Positions 60,887 to 64,000 of a stretch of 64,000 nucleotides of DNA are shown piece after piece. The notes beneath the pieces were generated by a model that saw nothing but the letters and a program-made list of their open reading frames with translations, did not search any database and had not been told where the DNA came from. The number at the start of each line of letters is the position of its first letter. The stretch's first letter is position 1. The translations under genes were made by a program, and so were the position numbers. The DNA is from Candidatus Woesearchaeota archaeon (lineage in GTDB: Archaea; Nanobdellota; Nanobdellia; Pacearchaeales; UBA284), in the NCBI GenBank assembly GCA_964396475.1, contig CAYNFE010000001.1, positions 69,474-133,473 on the forward strand, given 5' to 3'.

Positions 60887-61324
60887 TTATGATTTTAGCT
60901 CTGTTGCAAGAGCTTCTAGAAATTCCTTGCCTTTCTTTGTTAATCTTCTTCCGGCACGTTTCTCTTTAATATGCTCAACAAAACCAACTTTTGTCCCTTG
61001 TTGTACTATTGTCCTGATAATCTTTCCACTAGCTTTATAGAATTTTTCTGGTTTAACCCCTCTATTTTTTTTCGAGCCATATTTTGTTCTTAATTTTGAA
61101 ATTCCAACAACACCATTAACATAAATAGTTCTTAAAATGCTAGCTGCTCTTATATACCACCAATCATCTTTTTCAGGAGGCCTCATTTTTGATATTCCTG
61201 TTTTGACAAATGTCGCCCATTCCGGCATTTTAAATTCATCCATAGCCTTTAATCTCTCAGCTAAAACTTCTATAAATTTCTCTGCCTTGATTTCTCTTGG
61301 TGTTATTTTTTTAATTTTCGCCAT
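60887..61324 (-). CDS. rps19e: 30S ribosomal protein S19e (eS19)
   Basis: MPEWATFVKTGISKMRPPEKDDWWYIRAASILRTIYVNGVVGISKLRTKYGSKKNRG is the eS19 signature. Confidence 0.9.
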   Translation of the reverse strand: MAKIKKITPREIKAEKFIEVLAERLKAMDEFKMPEWATFVKTGISKMRPPEKDDWWYIRAASILRTIYVNGVVGISKLRTKYGSKKNRGVKPEKFYKASGKIIRTIVQQGTKVGFVEHIKEKRAGRRLTKKGKEFLEALATELKS

Positions 61325-61554
61325 TTTCTTATGAACATAGTAAAGCCAATAATCTTGGCTGTGAAATCTTTTCCTTCTCTCTTTTTAAGCTCTGAACAAA
61401 TATCTTGAGCTATCTTTTGTGCTTCTTTTCTATCTCTTGTAGCACTTTTAAGTATAGATACTTTAATTAAATCTTTCTTTTTAAATGTTTTTTCAAGATT
61501 ATCAAGGAAATTTTTAGTCAAACCTTGTTTGCCAAGTTGAAAAGAAACAATCAT
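61303..61554 (-). CDS. CRS1/YhbY-family RNA-binding protein
   Basis: 83 aa: FQLGKQGLTKNFLDNLEKTFKKKDLIKVSILKS...A..I...L..........IG matches the YhbY fold pattern. Confidence 0.65.
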   Translation of the reverse strand: MIVSFQLGKQGLTKNFLDNLEKTFKKKDLIKVSILKSATRDRKEAQKIAQDICSELKKREGKDFTAKIIGFTMFIRKWRKLKK

Positions 61555-62099
61555 TTTTTAATAGAAAATCCTCCGGCTGGAATTGCTTGTAAAATTTCTT
61601 CTTTACTAAATTTATATTCTTTCTTTTCTAGAATTTCCTTTATTTTTTCAGTAATCATTTCTTTAGGAATTTTGCCTGGTGTAAGAATAGCTAAACATTT
61701 AATTTTTGGAACTATAGGAACTGCTCTAATTTTCTTTTTTTGAACTTTTAAACATAATTTTAATCTTACTTTTGCTTTTTGAACTTTGCCAAGAACACTA
61801 AAAGTTCCTGTTTTCTGTCTTTTCTCCTTTAGTACTTGTTCTCCTATAAATATATGAATTTCCATTTCTTTTCTCCTCTTTTTCCATCCTTGACTAAAAC
61901 AAGCACAAAATACTGCAGCCTCTTTGATATCCTGGGCTGTTATTTTTCCTTTTAGAATGCAGAAAGGACTTCCAGGAGTTTTGGTATGCAAGATAATATC
62001 ATTTTTCTTTGCTTTCTTGACTAATTGTTCATTCTGTTGAGCACTTTTTCCTGCAAGAACAAGTTTGCCTTTAGATGTGTAAAACCATCGATATTTCAT
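61551..62099 (-). CDS. DUF814 (NFACT-R) domain protein
   Basis: YRWFYTSKGKLVLAGKSAQQNEQLVKKAKKNDIILHTKTPGSPFCILK matches the DUF814 core of the Rqc2/NEMF-related family. Confidence 0.65.
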   Translation of the reverse strand: MKYRWFYTSKGKLVLAGKSAQQNEQLVKKAKKNDIILHTKTPGSPFCILKGKITAQDIKEAAVFCACFSQGWKKRRKEMEIHIFIGEQVLKEKRQKTGTFSVLGKVQKAKVRLKLCLKVQKKKIRAVPIVPKIKCLAILTPGKIPKEMITEKIKEILEKKEYKFSKEEILQAIPAGGFSIKK

Positions 62100-62176
62100 A
62101 TCTAATTAAAGAAAAGACCGTTTTAAAATTTAATGCTTAACAAAAAATTTATAAATAATTCATGTGAGTTGTTCTT

Positions 62177-62584
62177 ATGGCTAATGGGGAATTAGAACTA
62201 GATAAAGAGACTAAGAAAGACTTGTTTGGATTATGTAATTGTCTTTTTAATCCATTTTGTGAGACAGATAAAGATCTCACAAACTTTTTATGGGAACTTA
62301 AGAATTCTTTCTTAGATGCAAAAAATAAACCACCAAAACCAGCAAGATCATTTTTTGATCATTTTAGATATATCTCACAATTAATAGCTTACAATACAAT
62401 AGATAAGACTGTTTATTTAACAGTTAAACAGTATAAAATAAACTATCATCCAGATGAAATTTCTCTTATGTGGATAACAAGAGAAAAAAATCTTGGCTAT
62501 GGAATTAGAATTGAATCAAAACGTGTTTTATTTAAATCAGAAGGAATAGAAATAGAAAGCTTATCAAAACTTAATAGGTGTTAA
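62177..62584 (+). CDS. hypothetical protein
   Basis: 135 aa ORF. No family recognised. Confidence 0.4.
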   Translation: MANGELELDKETKKDLFGLCNCLFNPFCETDKDLTNFLWELKNSFLDAKNKPPKPARSFFDHFRYISQLIAYNTIDKTVYLTVKQYKINYHPDEISLMWITREKNLGYGIRIESKRVLFKSEGIEIESLSKLNRC

Positions 62585-63954
62585 ATCTTCTTAATTTTTG
62601 AACCTTTATTAGTATCCTCAACAATATAACCTTCTTCTCTAATTTGTTTTCTTATTTTATCTGATAATTTGAAATTTTTCTTTTTTCTAGCTGCTTCCCT
62701 CTCTTTGACAAGCTTTTTAATTTTATCTGGAATCTTTATTTTTTCTTTCCTTAGAAGATCAAGAGCAAAAATCTTATCCATTTTCTTGATTGTTTGTATT
62801 TTCCCTTCTGCTTTCTTGTCTCTCACTAATTTCCATAAAATTGAGAGTGCTTTTGGCATATCAAGATCATCATCTATCGCCTTCTCAAATTCTTCTAGAT
62901 ATTTCTTATTGATTTTTTTATCATCTTTTATTTCTGCTATAAGATTTTTTAATCTTTCATAAGCATTTTTTGCAGCATCAAGACTTTTATAAGAAAATTC
63001 AAGCTGTGTTCTATAATGAGCAGTAAAACAAAAATATCTATAGTCAAGAGAATCATAACTTTTTTTTTCTAATTCTGAGATAGTTTGAATTTCTCCTTTG
63101 CTCTTAGCCATTTTTCCTCCTTTGAATAATAGCCATCTTGCATGCAACCAATAATTAACAAATTTTTTTCCAGTTGCTGACTCGCTCTGTGCAATTTCAT
63201 TTGTATGATGTACTGGAATATGTTCTTCTCCTCCTATATGAATATCAATTGTTTCTCCTAAATATTTCATTGACATTGCTGAACATTCTATATGCCATCC
63301 TGGAAATCCCTTACCCCAAGGACTCTGCCATTGCATCAAATGTTTTGGTTGATTTGTAATCCATAAAGCAAAATCACTAACATTTTTTCTTTCAGGGTCA
63401 ACTTTAACCCTTACTCCTTTCTTAAGCTCTTCTAATTTCAATTTTCCTAATTCTGTATAGTTCTTAAATTTAGAAGTATCAAATATTAGACCAACTTTTG
63501 TCTTGTAAGTATAATCATTCTTCTCTATTTTTTCAACTAGCTTTATCATCTCTTTTATGTGTTCAGTTGCTTTAGCCCAAATGTCAGGTTCTATAATATT
63601 TAATTTTTTTAAATCATCCTTAAAGACATCAGTATACTTATCAGCTAATTTCAGCATAGATTCTTTTGTTAAGGGTAGCCCTTCTCTTCTCAAAGCCTTA
63701 ACCATTTTATCTTCCCCTACATCAGCATCACTAGTAAGATGACCAACATCAGTAATGTTCATCACATGCTTTACTTTATAATTGTCATATAACAAAATCC
63801 TTTTCAAAATATCAACAAAAATATATGTTCTTAGATTTCCAATATGCTGATACCAATAAACAGTCGGACCACAACTATAGAGAGTAACAAGACCTTTTCT
63901 AATCGGCTTGAATTCCTCTTTTTTTCTTGTTAATGTATTATAGAGTTTTAACAT
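62581..63954 (-). CDS. cysS: cysteinyl-tRNA synthetase
   Basis: MLKLYNTLTRKKEEFKP...LYSCGPTVYWYQHIGNLRTY (HIGH variant), GWHIECSAM and KMAKSKG (KMSKS variant). Confidence 0.9.
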   Translation of the reverse strand: MLKLYNTLTRKKEEFKPIRKGLVTLYSCGPTVYWYQHIGNLRTYIFVDILKRILLYDNYKVKHVMNITDVGHLTSDADVGEDKMVKALRREGLPLTKESMLKLADKYTDVFKDDLKKLNIIEPDIWAKATEHIKEMIKLVEKIEKNDYTYKTKVGLIFDTSKFKNYTELGKLKLEELKKGVRVKVDPERKNVSDFALWITNQPKHLMQWQSPWGKGFPGWHIECSAMSMKYLGETIDIHIGGEEHIPVHHTNEIAQSESATGKKFVNYWLHARWLLFKGGKMAKSKGEIQTISELEKKSYDSLDYRYFCFTAHYRTQLEFSYKSLDAAKNAYERLKNLIAEIKDDKKINKKYLEEFEKAIDDDLDMPKALSILWKLVRDKKAEGKIQTIKKMDKIFALDLLRKEKIKIPDKIKKLVKEREAARKKKNFKLSDKIRKQIREEGYIVEDTNKGSKIKKI

Positions 63955-64000
63955 CTAAGAAAAATAAGAAAAAATAGTTTTTAATTTTAACTAAAATAAG

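Overview
AT-rich, very gene-dense archaeal chromosome segment. It is most consistent with a small-genome DPANN-type archaeon. Supporting evidence: archaea-specific r-proteins (eS4, eL32, eS17, eS19, eL31, eL39, L35Ae, L37Ae), Alba, RpoP, Hjc, PCNA, a fused PriS-PriL primase, and shortened versions of several housekeeping proteins. Layout: (i) 1-9160 (-) is the S10/spc ribosomal super-operon, L3 through L6 plus partial L32e, with SUI1 and RNase P Rpp29 embedded. (ii) 9.2-25.2 kb is housekeeping: L35Ae, L11, L37Ae, RpoP, prefoldin beta, SepF-like, Dph2-like, EndoQ-like, a secreted nuclease, Alba, S17e, Bud32, ProRS, a radical SAM enzyme and several unknowns, interspersed with five single tRNA genes. 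(iii) 25.2-41.5 kb is an accessory block of very large secreted or anchored surface proteins. It holds a 529 aa beta-rich protein, a 2034 aa repeat protein, a 587 aa CARDB protein, an LTD protein, and two alpha/alpha-toroid plus Cys-module proteins. It abuts the fused primase and PCNA. (iv) 43.8-53.5 kb holds two convergent operons, each opened by a paralogous class-III-signal-peptide (pilin-like) protein. They encode unassignable Cys-rich 604 aa and 1178 aa secreted proteins, a TM coiled-coil protein and an HExxH protein, with an intron-containing tRNA-Trp and hjc at the convergence point. I consider this the best candidate for an undescribed system. (v) 53.6-64 kb is housekeeping again: LysRS class II, TrmY, Cbf5, L31e, L39e, PDCD5-like, S19e, YhbY, DUF814, CysRS. 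I recognised no rRNA, CRISPR array, transposase, integrase or reverse transcriptase. All functional calls rest on motif and family recognition by eye plus gene order. No database search was run.
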